Positions 23,814-32,000 of a stretch of DNA of 32,000 nt are shown here, piece after piece. The translations under genes were made by a program, and so were the position numbers. Under the pieces are notes generated by a model. The model did no database searches. It was not told where the DNA came from and was given only the letters and a program-made list of their open reading frames with translations. Each line of letters starts with the position of its first letter. Position 1 is the stretch's first letter. Source of the DNA: Propionibacterium freudenreichii subsp. freudenreichii (lineage in GTDB: Bacteria; Actinomycetota; Actinomycetes; Propionibacteriales; Propionibacteriaceae); the NCBI RefSeq assembly GCF_000940845.1, contig NZ_CP010341.1, positions 600,001-632,000 on the forward strand, read 5' to 3'.

Positions 23814-24440
23814 ATGGCACGACGACACTGGTGGCGCAGGATCATTCCCGGCCTGTCCACGAGCGTGCGACTGGTGGCCATCGGGGTGGCGGTGCTGGTC
23901 GTGGCGGTGATGACCGTGGTCAATGTGATGACCTCCAAGAACACCAATCAGCCCGGCTCGCGCGCGGGAACCTGGAACACGGCCCTGCCCAGCACCGGGG
24001 TCCCCACGGCGGCTTCGTCGAGTTCCAACGCCGTGTCCACCGATTCACGGGCCTACTCCGAACTCGTCCGGCTGTCCGACCAGGGCTGGACGGCCACCCA
24101 GCCACTGACCAACCAATGGGTCGCCGAGCTCGGCTCCTCGGTGGTGGTGCCGCCCAGCCAGCCGACCCCGACCCCCAGTGGAAGCGCATCGCCCAGTGGG
24201 GCCCCTGCTGCCCTGGCCCGCTTCGAATCAGCCCAGAAGAACGACCCCGGTGCCGGCCGTGAAGTGCGCCTACTGCGTCGTTCCACCTACAACCCGCCGG
24301 TGGTCGACGACCGCTTCACGTTCGTGATCATCGTCTCGGGCACCTTCTCCACCGCCGACGATGTGCGCAACTGGTGCTCCGACCAGTTCGGGTCGGCCCC
24401 GCCCGACCGCTGCGACCCCCTGCAGCTCCACCCGCGCTGA
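23814..24440 (+). CDS. Hypothetical single-pass membrane-anchored protein (208 aa) with a Ser/Pro-rich linker and a small Cys-pair C-terminal domain
   Basis: ATG 23814 is preceded by GAAGGGGGAAG (about 8 nt); ATG 23793 is an alternative. MARRHWWRRIIPGLSTSVRLVAIGVAVLVVAVMTVVNVM forms a basic N-terminus plus TM segment. The extracytoplasmic part ends ...VRNWCSDQFGSAPPDRCDPLQLHPR. No family recognised. Confidence 0.6.
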   Translation: MARRHWWRRIIPGLSTSVRLVAIGVAVLVVAVMTVVNVMTSKNTNQPGSRAGTWNTALPSTGVPTAASSSSNAVSTDSRAYSELVRLSDQGWTATQPLTNQWVAELGSSVVVPPSQPTPTPSGSASPSGAPAALARFESAQKNDPGAGREVRLLRRSTYNPPVVDDRFTFVIIVSGTFSTADDVRNWCSDQFGSAPPDRCDPLQLHPR

Positions 24441-24765
24441 GCCACGGTGGCCCGCGGGGGAGGGCCCTGCGCGGCCGGCGGCGATGTGCCCACGATGAAT
24501 CGCCACGCGCGAGTCGGCCCGGTGAATTGCTATCGCCGGCGTGTTGCGTATCATCTTCGGTGTGGTTCGCATGATGGTGCAGTGACAACGGCGTCGCTGG
24601 ACTGACGGAGCGCACGAGGTGACCGCGTTTGGCGGTCGCCGGCTTGTGTTGCCCTCCTGTAGTGTGTACAGTTGGCTTTTGCCTATCTCCACATAGTTGA
24701 CCCGTGTTGACACGGGCCGTTTTGCATGCAAAGAACCTTTTGCGAGTTCTTGGAAGGACCACATC

Positions 24766-28242
<3,477 letters not shown>

Positions 28243-28343
28243 TGCCGCGCTAGCGGCGTCGGGCCCCGGCCCGTCCCACGACAAAACAACAGACATTCAC
28301 TTGTTTTGACCCGCCTGCTGGTAGCAGGGGAAAGAGAATCAAC

Positions 28344-32000
<3,657 letters not shown>

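Overview
This window is high-GC actinobacterial chromosome. The gene order looks Propionibacteriales-like, but that is a guess from synteny, not a search result. It holds the conserved transcription/translation core locus: tRNA-Thr, tRNA-Met, rpmG, a HadA/HadB-like MaoC dehydratase pair, murB, a GT-C-like membrane protein, tRNA-Trp, secE, nusG, rplK, rplA, lipB, lipA, rplJ, rplL, one small membrane-anchored hypothetical, rpoB and the 5' part of rpoC. Upstream of this, on the minus strand, are a partial DUF805 membrane protein, an M13 metallopeptidase and korA-korB (2-oxoglutarate:ferredoxin oxidoreductase). On the plus strand are an MptA/MptB-like mannosyltransferase, a small membrane protein, a second small membrane protein, tRNA-Tyr and ahpC-ahpF. 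xthA lies on the minus strand between the two small membrane proteins. Three real genes are missing from the ORF track: rpmG (56 aa), the edge-truncated DUF805 gene and rpoC. Many track ORFs are antisense shadow ORFs, which are typical of high-GC3 DNA. I found no CRISPR array, mobile element, toxin/defence cassette or other sign of a novel multi-gene system; this is an ordinary housekeeping region. The items worth a second look are cis-acting. A perfect 14-bp inverted repeat covers the pepO start region. A 30-bp tandem duplication carries a -10-like box at an apparently leaderless hadA-like start. A 35-bp tandem repeat plus a classic terminator hairpin sit in the rplJ leader. A shared GGTAGTGTT box lies upstream of two tRNA genes. 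The rpoB leader and the rpoB-rpoC spacer are structured. There are also several lineage-specific low-complexity extensions (NusG, SecE, L10, LipB) and synteny insertions (lipBA, murB plus a membrane protein). All functional interpretations of non-coding elements are inference from reading the sequence by eye; no folding, search or alignment program was run.
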